A stretch of DNA of 64,000 nucleotides from an uncultured Thermoleophilia bacterium (GCA_963837725.1 CAWIOJ010000003.1:283570-347569); one strand, 5' to 3'; shown: positions 34,073-44,732, counted from the first letter of the stretch. Notes: generated from the sequence alone by a model not told the origin. Numbers and translations are program-made.

Positions 34073-35905
34073 GCGATCGCCTCCGTCGTCTCCACGCCCT
34101 CGCCGCGCCCGGTCGAGCAGATCGGCGAGCAACGTCGCCGTGTTGATCAGCGCGAGGTGGCTGAAGGCCTGGGGGAAGTTGCCCAACTGCTCGCCGGTGG
34201 GGCCGATCTCCTCGGAGAACAGCCCGAGGTGATTGGCGTAGGTGTGCATCTTCTCGAAGACGATCCGCGCGTCCCGCACCCGGCCGGATCGGGCCAGGGC
34301 CTGGACGTACCAGAAGGTGCACATCGAGAACGTCCCCTCCGAGCCCTTGCAGGCCGTCGGGAGACGCCGCCGGGTCGTAGCGGTACACCAGGCTGTCCGA
34401 CACCAGCGTCCGGTCCATGGCGTTGAGGGTCGAGAGCCACATCGGGTCGTCCGGGGCGATGAACCCGACGAGGGGCATCTTCAGCAGGGACGCGTCGAGC
34501 ACCGTGGAGCCGTAGTGCTGGACGAACGCGCCCAGCTCGGAGTCGAACCCCTTCTCCATGATCTCCCGGTACACGGCGTCGCGCTCCGCCCTCCACCGAT
34601 CCAGGTCGGCCGGCCGCCCCCGCGCATTCGCGAGCCGGATCGCCCGGTCGAAGGCCACCCAGGTCATCAGGCGCCCGTAGGTGAAGGGCTGGGGCCCGCC
34701 CCGCGTCTCCCAGATGCCGGCCTCGTCACGGCTCCAGTTGTCGGAGAGCCAGTCGATGGTCTGGGCGAGCCGGACCCAGGTGTCGTGGCTCAGCACCAGC
34801 CCCGCCCGATCCGCCTGGTAGATGGCGTCGACCATCTCCCCGTAGATGTCCAGCTGGAACTGGTCGGCGGCGCCGTTGCCGATGCGCACCGGGCGCGACC
34901 CGCGGTAGCCGTCCATGTCGAGGGAGATCTCATCGAGGTCGGGATCACCGTCGACGCGGTACATGATCTGCAGCGGGTCGCCACCGGCGCCCGCGCGGTC
35001 GCGGATGCGCTCGCCGAGCCAGTCGATGAAGGCCCCGGCCTCCTCGGTGAACCCCAGGGCCAGCAGCGTCGCCACCGAGAACGACCCGTCGCGCACCCAT
35101 GTGTAGCGGTAGTCCCAGTTGCGCTCGCCACCCACCTGCTCGGGAAGGCCGGCCGTCGGCGCGGCCACCGGCGCCCCGGTGGGCGCGTAGATCATCAGCT
35201 TGAGGGTGATGGCCGAGCGGAAGACCATGTCGCGCCAGCGCCCGCGGTGGTGGGACGTCGCCAGCCACCCCTTCCAGAAGCGCTCGGTCTCGTCGAAGAG
35301 CGACACGATCTCCTCGCGCACGAGCATCGCGGGCGGCTCCTCGGCGGCCGACTCGAGGATGGCGCCCGAGTACTGCCCCTCCGAGAGCTCGAACGACGAC
35401 CTCACGCCGGTGCCGTGCTGCTCGAGCCAGGGCGAGTGCAGCGTGAGGTGCAGGTCCGGGGTCCGGAACACCGCGCCCTGCCGTGTGACCTCGACCTCGT
35501 GGCCGGTGCGCCCGTAGTCGAACCGGGGATCGCACTCGAGGGCGAACCGCATCGTGCCGCGCACCACCCGCACGCCGCGCACGACCCGGCGGCGGTCGGT
35601 GGCCACGGTCCCGCGGGTCGGGGGCATGAAGTCGATCAGCTCGCCCACGCCGTCCTCGCTCATGAACCGGGTCACCAGGATGGCGGTGTCGGGGAAGTAG
35701 AGCTGGCGGGTGGTGTAGTCGCCGCCCTCGGGCGCGATCTGGAAGCTGCCGCCCGTCCTCGGCGTCCAGCAGCGGCGGCGAAGACGCTCGGCGAGTCGAA
35801 CCGCGGCATGCAGAGCCAGTCGATCGTGCCGTCGGTGCTGATCAACGCGGCGGTCTGGAGGTCGCCGATCAGACCATGGTCGGCGATGAGCGGGTACTCG
35901 GGCAC
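34069..35905 (-). CDS. Glycoside hydrolase family 15 (trehalase/glucoamylase-like; frameshifts)
   Basis: [55 protein letters not shown]. Confidence 0.92.
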
Positions 35906-36045
35906 GGGGGACCCCCTGAGTTGCGGCAGACCGCGATAACGCTACGCCTCGGTCAGCACTCGGCAATGGCGCGAGCGGGTGACCGACAGGGTGAAGCCCC
36001 GACCGCGGGGGAACCCGGGAGGGCCGTTGCTATGCTCGCCACCGG

Positions 36046-37239
36046 ATGGCCGACCACGACGTTCCTCTCGGCGTACTGACCGGGGCCCGTGAGCGCTTCC
36101 AGGAGTCGGTTGACTTCACGGTCGGCATCGAGGAGGAGTACCAGCTCCTCGACCCCGAGACCCTCGCGCTGACCAACCGCTTCGAGGAGCTGTTCGGCGC
36201 GGCGGACGCGCCCCTCTCGGAGCGCCTCGCCGGCGAGCTGATCGCCAGCGAGATCGAGTACCGCACCGCGCGCCACCTGCGTTTCGCCGACGCCGCGCGC
36301 GACCTGGTGGAGGGCCGCCTCGCCACCCTCGCCCTCGCCGACCGCCTGGGCATCGCGCTCGGCGTCTCGGGCGTCCACCCCTTCAGCCCGTGGACCGAGC
36401 AGCGGATCATCGACACGCCGCACTACCGGCGCGTCGAGGAGGAGCTCGGCTACATCGCCTGGACCAACAACACGTGGTCGCTGCACCTGCACTCGGGCGT
36501 CCGCGACGCCGACCGGGCCATCGCGATCTCCACGGCCATGCGCAGCCTGCTGCCGGAGTTCCTCGCGCTGTCGGCCAACAGCGCGGTGTACGCGGGGCGC
36601 GCCACCCGGCTGCACTCGACGCGCATGCAGGTGTTCACCAAGAGCTTCCCGCGCTGCGGCGTGCCCGACGCCTACACCGACTGGGACGACTACGCGCGGT
36701 TCGTCGCGCTGCTCGAGAGCACCGGCTCCATCGTGGAGAGCACCCAGATCTGGTGGAGCGTGCGGCCGCACCACACCTACGGCACCGTCGAGGTGCGCAT
36801 CTGCGACGGCCAGACCGAGATGCCGCTCGCGCTGGGCGTCGCGGCCCTCGCCCTGGCGTGCATCGCCACCTTCGCCGCGCAGTACGACGCCGGACACCCG
36901 CTCCCGGCCCACCAGCGTGGGCTCATCGAGGAGAACATCTGGCGCGCCGAGCGCCACGGACTGGAAGGACGCCTCATCGATCTCGACCGAGGACGCGAGC
37001 GACCCACGACGGAGGCCATCGAGCGCCTCCTCGAGTGGTCGGCACCGGTTCACGAGCCCCTCGGGCTGACGCCGTTCCTGGCCGTCGTCCCGCGCACCCT
37101 CTCCGAGGGCAACGGCGCGATGCGCCAGATCGCCCGGCTCGCCGAGCTGGGCGACGTGCGCGCCATGCACGCCGAGGTGGTCGAGCGCACGCGCAGCTCC
37201 GCCCACGAGGCCCTCGAGCTCTCGGTGGCGGCGGCATGA
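36046..37239 (+). CDS. YbdK-family carboxylate-amine ligase (GCS2)
   Basis: TVGIEEEYQLLD, LHLHSG, ALSANS, FPRCGVP, IWWSVRPH..YGTVEVRICD. Confidence 0.9.
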   Translation: MADHDVPLGVLTGARERFQESVDFTVGIEEEYQLLDPETLALTNRFEELFGAADAPLSERLAGELIASEIEYRTARHLRFADAARDLVEGRLATLALADRLGIALGVSGVHPFSPWTEQRIIDTPHYRRVEEELGYIAWTNNTWSLHLHSGVRDADRAIAISTAMRSLLPEFLALSANSAVYAGRATRLHSTRMQVFTKSFPRCGVPDAYTDWDDYARFVALLESTGSIVESTQIWWSVRPHHTYGTVEVRICDGQTEMPLALGVAALALACIATFAAQYDAGHPLPAHQRGLIEENIWRAERHGLEGRLIDLDRGRERPTTEAIERLLEWSAPVHEPLGLTPFLAVVPRTLSEGNGAMRQIARLAELGDVRAMHAEVVERTRSSAHEALELSVAAA

Positions 37240-37690
37240 GCGACCCCAGCCCGCAGCCGCCCCCCGGCCCCGAGCGCGAGCCCACCCAGGAGGAGATCTC
37301 CGCGGCGCTGGCCGACCGCCTCGCCCGCACGCCGGTGCGCGACGTGCTGCTCCAGTGCATGGCGACGTTCATCGACATGGCCGGCATCCGCCTCGGCATG
37401 GGACCCAGCGGCGACGCCGCCCGCGACCTGCCGCAGGCCCGCCAGGCCATCGAGGCGCTCCGCGCCCTGCTCGGGCGTGGCCGAGCGCGAGCTGGGCTCC
37501 GCGCAGGTGAACCCCTTCAAGGAGCCGCTCGCCGTGCTCCAGATGGCGTACGCGCGGGCCTCCGAGGAGCCCGGCGAGGAGGACCCCGACGAGTCGCCCG
37601 GCGGGTCCGAGCCGCCGCCTCCGCCTCCGCCGCCGCTCGCGCGACGACCCGGCGGGCCGCCTCTGGGTGCCACCGGGAAGCCGCCGATAG
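37236..37690 (+). CDS. Hypothetical protein (DUF1844-like; frameshifted)
   Basis: ATG overlaps the upstream TGA; RDLPQARQAIEAL..., LAVLQMAYA; end approximate. Confidence 0.6.
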
Positions 37691-37844
37691 CAGCGGGTCC
37701 GGCCACGTCGTCCGGGGCCGTGTGGTAGAAAACCGCGTTGGCATGGTGCTCATTGACACGAGCACATGCCGGCGCGACCCGGTGCGCGTGGCCCAGATCG
37801 GGCAGTTCGGCGCGCTCGACTGACCACGATCTCGGAGGAACCAA

Positions 37845-39933
37845 TTGGCCGACTTCCTGTCGGACAACACTGTCTGGCTCGCGGTGGTCCTCGGCCTCGT
37901 CGCCGTGGCCTATGGCATCGGACTCACCTTCTACCTGCTCAAGCAGCCGGCCGGTGACGAGAAGATGCGCGAGATCGCCGCGGCCATTCAAGAGGGCGCG
38001 CAGGCCTATCTGAAGCGCCAGTACACGATCATCGCGGGTGTCGCGGTGGTGCTCTTCGTCCTCATCGGACTGCTGGGCCAGTCCGTCGATTCGTCGCTGC
38101 TGGGCTGGAAGGCGGCCATCGGCTTCCTCATCGGCGCCGTCGCCTCCGCAGCCGCCGGCTTCATCGGCATGAACGTCTCGGTGCGCACCAACGTGCGGAC
38201 CGCCGAGGCGGCCAAGAAGGGCCTCGGCGCCGCCCTCGGCGTGGCGTTCAAGGGTGGAGCGGTCACCGGGCTGCTCGTGGTGGGCCTCGGCCTGCTGTCG
38301 GTGTCCGGCTACTTCCTCATCCTCGGCTCCGACGCCGTCGACGTCCCGCCGCTGGTGGGCCTGGCCTTCGGGTCGAGCCTGATCAGCGTCTTCGCCCGGC
38401 TGGGCGGCGGCATCTTCACCAAGGGCGCCGACGTCGGCGCCGACCTGGTCGGCAAGGTCGAGGCGGGCATCCCCGAGGACGACCCGCGCAACCCGGCCGT
38501 CATCGCCGACAACGTGGGCGACAACGTCGGCGACTGCGCCGGCATGGCCGCCGACCTCTTCGAGACCTACGCGGTGACCACCGTCGCCGTCATGTTCCTC
38601 GGCTCGCTGTTCCTCGCCGACTTCGGCAACGCACTCATCTTCCCGCTGGCGATCGGCGGTGTATCGATCATCACCTCGATCATCGGCACCTGGTTCGTAC
38701 GCGTCGGCAAGAACGAGTCGGTCACGGCCGCGCTGTACACCGGCCTCGGCGTCTCGGCCATCCTCTCGATCCTCGGCTTCCTGCCGGTCACCTACTGGCT
38801 GATGGACGGCGCCGAGAACGTGACCAACGGGCCACGGAGTGGATGGACTACTTCTGGTGCGCGGTCATCGGCGTCGGCGTCACCGTCATCCTGGTCGGCA
38901 TCACCGAGTACTTCACCGGCACCATCTGGCCGCCGGTCAAGAAGATCGCCAAGGCGTCCGAGACCGGCCACGGCACCAACATCATCGCCGGCCTCGCGGT
39001 GGGCCTGAAGGCCACCGCCGCCCCGATCGTCGTGATCACGGGCGCGATCGCCGCCACCTACGAGCTGGCCGGCTACTACGGCATCGGCGTCGCCGTGATG
39101 GCGATGCTCTCCCTGACCGGCGTGGTCGTCGCGCTCGACGCGTTCGGGCCGATCACCGACAACGCCGGCGGCATCGCCGAGATGGCGGGCATGGACGAGA
39201 GCGTCCGCGCCATCACCGACCCGCTCGACGCGGTGGGCAACACCACCAAGGCCGTCACCAAGGGGTACGCCATCGGCTCGGCCGGTCTCGCCGCCGTGGT
39301 GCTGTTCGTGTCCTACGTGGAGGAGTTGCGCCATTCGATCGGCGATGCCGCCGCGGCATCGCTCGACTTCAGCCTCGATCAACCCGTTCGTGGTGGTGGG
39401 GCTGTTCATCGGCGGCATGATGCCGTTCCTCTTCGCGGCCTTCTCGATGGAGGCCGTCGGAAAGGCCGGCGGGCAGGTGGTGGAGGAGGTGCGCCGCCAG
39501 TTCCGCGAGAAGCCGGGGATCATGGAGGGCACCGAGCGCCCCGACTACGCGCGATGCGTCCGCATCGTGACCGCGTCGGCCCAGCGCGAGATGCTGCTCC
39601 CCGCGGCGATCCCGATCCTGTTCCCGATCATCATCGCGTTCATCTTCGGCGTGAACAACGGCCGCGAGATGCTCGGCGGGCTGCTGCTCGGGAACGATCG
39701 TCACCGGCATCTTCGTGGCGATCTCGATGACCTCGGGCGGCGGCGCGTGGGACAACGCCAAGAAGCTGATCGAGGACGGTCAGTACGGCGGGAAGGGCTC
39801 GGAGGCCCACAAGGCCTCGATCACCGGCGACACGGTGGGGGACCCCTACAAGGACACCGCCGGCCCGGCCATCAACCCGATGATCAAGGTCGCCAACATC
39901 GTGGCCCTGCTCCTGGTGCCGTTCCTGAACTGA
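37845..39933 (+). CDS. hppA: Membrane H+-translocating pyrophosphatase, predicted K+-independent (frameshifts)
   Basis: [53 protein letters not shown] (Lys variant), [20 protein letters not shown]. Confidence 0.95.
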
Positions 39934-39955
39934 TCCACCGGAACGGATGACGGAA

Positions 39956-39994
39956 AGCGAGGGCGCCGTCCGACACGGCGCCCTCGCTGTTTGT
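39956..39994 (+). terminator. Intrinsic terminator after hppA
   Basis: AGCGAGGGCGCCGT-ccgac-ACGGCGCCCTCGCT followed by GTTTGT. Confidence 0.8.
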
Positions 39995-40051
39995 GGGCGG
40001 GGGCCCGGCCGAAGGGGGAAGAGACGGCCGCGCCCGTGTCCGGTCGGACCC

Positions 40052-40621
40052 CTACCAGTCGGCCCCGGTGATGGTCGCCTCCTCGGGCGCGATCGCCGCG
40101 ACGTCGAGAGGGATGCCGGCGCGGTGCAGCATGCGGCGCGCCGAGCCGATGCTGCGCTCGTGCTGGTCCGGGGCCGCGACGAGGACGACGCGGGGCTCGA
40201 GGCCGGTGGCGCTCAGCGCCCGCAGCCGGTCGACCGTGCAGCGCCGCACGAGCGTCTCGGGCAGCTCCACCTCGAAGCAGAGCGGTCGGGTGGTGCCGCG
40301 CTCGCAGAGCACGTCCGGAGGCGCCCCGGCGGTCGGTGGGGGAGCGGAGAACTCCTCGCTGCCCATCGCCCGGATCGTCCACTTCGTCCGTGAGGCCAGA
40401 TCACGTGCCAGAGCCGCGACGCCTGCGTCATGCAGGGCGAGTCTCCGGCGAAAATCCTCTAGCCAGGCGTCGTAGCTGTCCAACGCAACCCCAATGGGGA
40501 CGGGAGCCCGATCGCCTGTTGACCCTAGCGCCGGTGTCGGACGGCCCCGTCTGACACGGCTGTCGCCCGGGTCCGGGGATACACTCCCGTCGTTCCAGAC
40601 CCGGTGAAGGAGTGGCGTCAA
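40052..40621 (-). CDS. Hypothetical protein (start probably nearer 40500)
   Basis: ORF with plausible composition; PDVLC...CFEVE motif. Confidence 0.5.
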   Translation of the reverse strand: MTPLLHRVWNDGSVSPDPGDSRVRRGRPTPALGSTGDRAPVPIGVALDSYDAWLEDFRRRLALHDAGVAALARDLASRTKWTIRAMGSEEFSAPPPTAGAPPDVLCERGTTRPLCFEVELPETLVRRCTVDRLRALSATGLEPRVVLVAAPDQHERSIGSARRMLHRAGIPLDVAAIAPEEATITGADW

Positions 40622-40623
40622 CG

Positions 40624-41097
40624 ATGGGAAACGACGGATCCAAGGGCAACAAGACGCTGCCCCGCGTCCCGAATGCCGACAAGCCGCGACCGGACGAGAC
40701 GGTCCTCAAGAAGTCCGGGGCGGATCTCCAGAACGGCTGGCTCGCGCGTCACGGCGAGCTCCTGTGCACCGAGGACCGCCTGGTCTTCGTCCCGACGCCG
40801 CTCGACTCCGCGCTGCGCGCCAAGCGCCGCGAGATCCCGCTGGACGACATCTCCGAGATCGAGCGCTTCCCGGTCTCCCCGGGCGGCATGCCCCCCGGCG
40901 GCCGCCGGCCGCGGATGATCCTCCACACCCCCGCCTGCGATTACGAGATCATGGTGTCGGACCTCGACGGGTGGATCGACAGCCTGATCCGGATCTACCA
41001 CCTGCGGGCGAAGAAGGGCAACGCCCACGAGCCCACGGTCACCCGTGAGGACTACGTGGATTTCCTCACGCTGGAAGAAGAGGAGTCCGACCGGTAG
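40624..41097 (+). CDS. Hypothetical PH/GRAM-like protein
   Basis: GELLCTEDRLVFVP, EIPLDDISEIE, terminal helix with Trp; AAGGAG upstream. Confidence 0.6.
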   Translation: MGNDGSKGNKTLPRVPNADKPRPDETVLKKSGADLQNGWLARHGELLCTEDRLVFVPTPLDSALRAKRREIPLDDISEIERFPVSPGGMPPGGRRPRMILHTPACDYEIMVSDLDGWIDSLIRIYHLRAKKGNAHEPTVTREDYVDFLTLEEEESDR

Positions 41098-41158
41098 CTC
41101 GCGTCGTGGGACGTCTCGGCTAAACTCCCTATCAGTCACGGGGTTTAGGGGAGTTCCA

Positions 41159-41575
41159 CTGATCACGATCACCGAGAAGAGCCGCTCCGCCGTTCTCGCC
41201 CTCACCGAGCTGGCGCAGCGCGGATCGGCCGGGCCCGTGCCGATTCTCGAGGTGGCCGAGGCGCGGGGCATCCCGCTCCACTTCCTCGAGCAGATCTTCG
41301 CCGGCCTGCGGCGCGCGGGCGTGCTCCAGAGTCAGCGGGGCGTGAAGGGCGGCTACTCGTTCCGGCGCTCGCCGGTCGAGGTGAGCATCCTCGAGGTGGT
41401 CGAGACGGTTAACGGGCGCATCACGCCACCCGGCGGCGACGACGCCGGTCGCGGATCGGAGTCGGTCTGGATCGAGGCGCAGGCGACCCTCGCCGAGCTG
41501 CTCGGCAGCCTGACGATCGCCGACATGCAGGAGCGCGAGGCGCGCATCCAGGACGCGCCCATGTTCCACATCTGA
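41159..41575 (+). CDS. Rrf2-family regulator, CymR-like
   Basis: IPLHFLEQIFAGLRRAGVLQSQRGVKGGY; no Fe-S cysteines; C-terminus MFHI; probable CTG start. Confidence 0.85.
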   Translation: MITITEKSRSAVLALTELAQRGSAGPVPILEVAEARGIPLHFLEQIFAGLRRAGVLQSQRGVKGGYSFRRSPVEVSILEVVETVNGRITPPGGDDAGRGSESVWIEAQATLAELLGSLTIADMQEREARIQDAPMFHI

Positions 41576-41805
41576 AGGTGCCCCGCTCCTAGCAGGGGAT
41601 TCCTCCTCGCCCGGGTGCCTTTGGACCAATCAGGCCCCGGCCGCTGGCCTCCAGGAAGGCCTCGAGACAGTCGCCCGCCACGTTGCGCTCGGCCGGCTAG
41701 GGATCTTTCGACCCCCACCCCGGCGACTTCCCTTGTCGCCTTCTTTCGAATGCGCTGGAGTGTCTCTGGCGTCGCGGCGGCGCCACACCAACGAAGGAGG
41801 CACGG

Positions 41806-42045
41806 ATGCTCGATCACGATGAGATCGTCGCCCACGTCAACGCGCTCGCCCGCTCACGCGGCTGGGTCGGCGTCGGCTACACCACGTACGACAACGGCAC
41901 GGTCCACGCCACCCTGCTGTCGGATCGCCCGTTCGACCTGATCCCGGAGAGCCGGGTCGGCGCTGGCGGCGACGACGAGGCGGCTGCGCTGGACCTGATG
42001 CGCGCCGACTCTGCGCTCTGGGAGGGCGTCCACCCCGGAGCCTGA
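41806..42045 (+). CDS. Small hypothetical protein
   Basis: AGGAGG RBS before ATG; 79 aa. Confidence 0.55.
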   Translation: MLDHDEIVAHVNALARSRGWVGVGYTTYDNGTVHATLLSDRPFDLIPESRVGAGGDDEAAALDLMRADSALWEGVHPGA

Positions 42046-42238
42046 TCCTGGGCCAATCGTGGACTAGGTGCTGGTCCATGCGCGATCCTGCAGGGGTAGC
42101 TTCAGTCGGTCAAGCCGGTCAGACGCCGCTTACCATGCGGGATCTGGGCGATCTAGTCCTCAGCACCCTGGCGATGTTCCACATCTAGGGGCTCTGCCGC
42201 TCGGCGGCGGTGGCCTGCACGACGGTATCCTTCGTCAC

Positions 42239-42703
42239 ATGCCCTACACCGTTGATTTCACGAACGTCTCGACCGAGGGCCTGGAGTCGTCACCGGTCGT
42301 CGACGCGCTCGCCGGCCTGCGGGCCAACGAGGCCCGCTACTTCATGAACAAGTACACGCACGTCTTCACGGTGGAGCCCGCGAGCGACGCCCAGGCGACC
42401 GTCAACTACGTGCACCGGATCCTCGCGGAGGAGCGCGACATCGTCATCGCGTCGCGCCCGCTCGAAGCGACGGCCTTCCAGGTCGAGAACATCCGCTGGG
42501 CCTACGTGTTCTACGAGAGCGGTCTCTCGATCAACGTGATGTACACCGTTGACGACCCGAAGAAGCGGGCGGTCGGGTTCAAGCTCTCCGACGGGATGGA
42601 CATCCCGGAGGAGCTCGCGTCGCGTTTCAAGTTCGCGCGCCAGAAGTCGAAGCTCGCTGGGACGATCCGCGGCTCCTACTTCGTGATCAAGAACGAGTAC
42701 TGA
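42239..42703 (+). CDS. Hypothetical protein
   Basis: Protein-like composition (LAGLRANEARYF, KRAVGFKLSDGM); TATCCT -10 seven nt upstream of ATG. Confidence 0.75.
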   Translation: MPYTVDFTNVSTEGLESSPVVDALAGLRANEARYFMNKYTHVFTVEPASDAQATVNYVHRILAEERDIVIASRPLEATAFQVENIRWAYVFYESGLSINVMYTVDDPKKRAVGFKLSDGMDIPEELASRFKFARQKSKLAGTIRGSYFVIKNEY

Positions 42704-42724
42704 CCCGGACGGGCCCGCGGTGCG

Positions 42725-43075
42725 TCAGCCGGTGGGCTGTCCGTAGGTGGGCACCGGTTCACCCGAGCGGAAGTCGTCCTCCGCCGAGAGGGCGGCGGGC
42801 GGAACGCCGTGGCGCGCGGCGCATCCCGGGCAGAGCCGGACGGGGATGGTCACTGGCCCGGAGGGCGGGATGCCGGGGGCGGCGGCGAGCTCCTCAGCCG
42901 CGATGACGGCAAAGGTGCGACGCGCCCGATCGGTGGACAGACCCGCGACGTTGACGAGCCCTCCGATGATCCACTCCGCCTCGCCCCGGAACACGACGAC
43001 GGTCGACGTGTCGCCCCGGAAGCACGAGACACAGCTCCCGATCGGCGCGACCAGGGTCGCGGCGTCCTCGGTCAT
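42725..43075 (-). CDS. Hypothetical protein with two CxxC pairs
   Basis: CVSC and CPGC; GGAGG upstream. Confidence 0.55.
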   Translation of the reverse strand: MTEDAATLVAPIGSCVSCFRGDTSTVVVFRGEAEWIIGGLVNVAGLSTDRARRTFAVIAAEELAAAPGIPPSGPVTIPVRLCPGCAARHGVPPAALSAEDDFRSGEPVPTYGQPTG

Positions 43076-43100
43076 TCGACCTCCATCGCTCGGCGGACTG

Positions 43101-43310
43101 CTAGGCGGACGGCAACGCCCTCTGCACGTGCTGCGCCGCCTCCAGCTGAGTATCGCCGCGGAACATGATCCCGGGCCCGCTGCGGGTGATCCCGACCGGG
43201 ATCGCCTCGGCCATGAACTTGCCGTCCGGCAGCTCCTGGAACTTGATCTCGTAGCCCTGGGCGCGGAGGGCGTCCTGAACGGCGGCGAGCTCGGAGTCGT
43301 GATCGCTCAT
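43101..43310 (-). CDS. Small hypothetical protein
   Basis: MSDHDSELAAVQDALRAQGYEIKF...; GGGAG upstream. Confidence 0.55.
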   Translation of the reverse strand: MSDHDSELAAVQDALRAQGYEIKFQELPDGKFMAEAIPVGITRSGPGIMFRGDTQLEAAQHVQRALPSA

Positions 43311-43379
43311 CTGGTGTCTCCCGGCTGGTGACGCGGACGCGGTGCCGACACATGCTGACACGACCGGGGCCCCAAACGG

Positions 43380-43404
43380 GCGATGCGCCCCGGGGGCGCA
43401 TCGC
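43380..43404 (-). terminator. Hairpin downstream of the tRNA
   Basis: GCGATGCGCCC-cgg-GGGCGCATCGC. Confidence 0.55.
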
Positions 43405-43423
43405 GTGACGCTGATTGAAACAG

Positions 43424-43496
43424 TGGCCCGGGAAGGATTCGAACCTCCGGCCGCGCGGTACGAAGCCGCGCACTCTCTCCGCTGAGCTACCGGGCC
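43424..43496 (-). tRNA. tRNA-Arg(UCG)-like, with atypical U37
   Basis: Cloverleaf: acceptor GGCCCGG/CCGGGCC-A, D arm GCTC-AGCGGAGA-GAGT, anticodon arm CGCGG-CTTCGTA-CCGCG, T arm GGAGG-TTCGAAT-CCTTC; CCA not encoded. Confidence 0.85.
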
Positions 43497-43705
43497 GTTG
43501 TCATATGCAGCAGATTGACTCCCTTTCCATCGACCGGGACCCGGCAGACGTTTAGCCCGGTCGGGGAGGTGGGGCCTCGACCTCAGGCGAGGAGGCCCCG
43601 GCCCATCGGGTCCGTCCACAGCCTGTGGATGAATCCGGTGGGGACTTCACGGGCCCGTAACCGGTTGCGTAACGTCTGCGGCCGGTCACGAGACAGGAGA
43701 CGCGG

Positions 43706-44698
43706 ATGGCATCGGGCGACGAGACGGCACGGCTGGACGTACTGGGCATCGGCAACGCGATCGTCAACGTGCTGTCGGCGACGGACGACGAGACCCTCGC
43801 CGCTCACGACCTGCCCAAGGGGGGCATGACGCTCATCGACGCCGAGCGCGCCGACGCCCTCTACAACCAGATGGGGCCGGGGGTCGAGGTCTCGGGCGGC
43901 TCGTGCGCCAACACGATGGCCGGCATCGCCTCGCTCGGCGGCCGGGCGGCCTACATCGGCAAGGTGCGCAACGACGAGCTGGGGCGCATCTTCACCCACG
44001 ACATCCGCGCGGCCGGCGTCGAGTACGGCACCCCGGCGGCGCTCGAGGGCCCCGGCACGGCGCGCTCCCTGATCATGGTCACGCCCGACGCCCAGCGGAC
44101 CATGTCCACCTACCTCGGCGCCTCCGTGGAGCTGGGCCCGGAGGATGTGGCGCCCGATCTCGTGGCGAGCGCCGCGGTGACGTATCTCGAGGGCTACCTC
44201 TGGGACCCGCCGCAGGCCAAGGAGGCCTTCCGCGTGGCGATGAGCGTCGCCCACGGCGCGGGCCGCCGCGTGGCGTTCACCCTCTCGGACCCATTCTGCG
44301 TCGATCGCCACCGCGACGAGTTCCGCCAGCTGGTGGACGACCAGGTGGACGTCCTGTTCGCCAACCAGACGGAGATCGAGGCCCTCTACGAGTCGGACGA
44401 CGTCGACGGGGCCGTCGCGGCCGTGAGGGGGCGCTGCGAGATCGCGATCATCACCCGGTCCGAGCTGGGCTCGCTGGTCGTCACCGCCGACGACGTGCAC
44501 GAGGTGCCCGCCGTGCCGATCGAGCGCGTGGTCGACACGACCGGCGCGGGCGACCTGTATGCGGCCGGCTTCCTGTTCGGGCTCACCACCGGGCGGGCCC
44601 TCCCCGAGTGCGCCCGTCTCGGCGCGATCGCGGCCGCCGAGGTGATCTCGCACTACGGCGCACGACCGGAGGCCCGCCTCTCGACCCTGGTCGGCTGA
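43706..44698 (+). CDS. PfkB-family (adenosine) kinase
   Basis: [39 protein letters not shown]. Confidence 0.9.
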   Translation: MASGDETARLDVLGIGNAIVNVLSATDDETLAAHDLPKGGMTLIDAERADALYNQMGPGVEVSGGSCANTMAGIASLGGRAAYIGKVRNDELGRIFTHDIRAAGVEYGTPAALEGPGTARSLIMVTPDAQRTMSTYLGASVELGPEDVAPDLVASAAVTYLEGYLWDPPQAKEAFRVAMSVAHGAGRRVAFTLSDPFCVDRHRDEFRQLVDDQVDVLFANQTEIEALYESDDVDGAVAAVRGRCEIAIITRSELGSLVVTADDVHEVPAVPIERVVDTTGAGDLYAAGFLFGLTTGRALPECARLGAIAAAEVISHYGARPEARLSTLVG

Positions 44699-44732
44699 GC
44701 CGACGCCAGGGCGCGATGGTAGGGTCCGCCAG

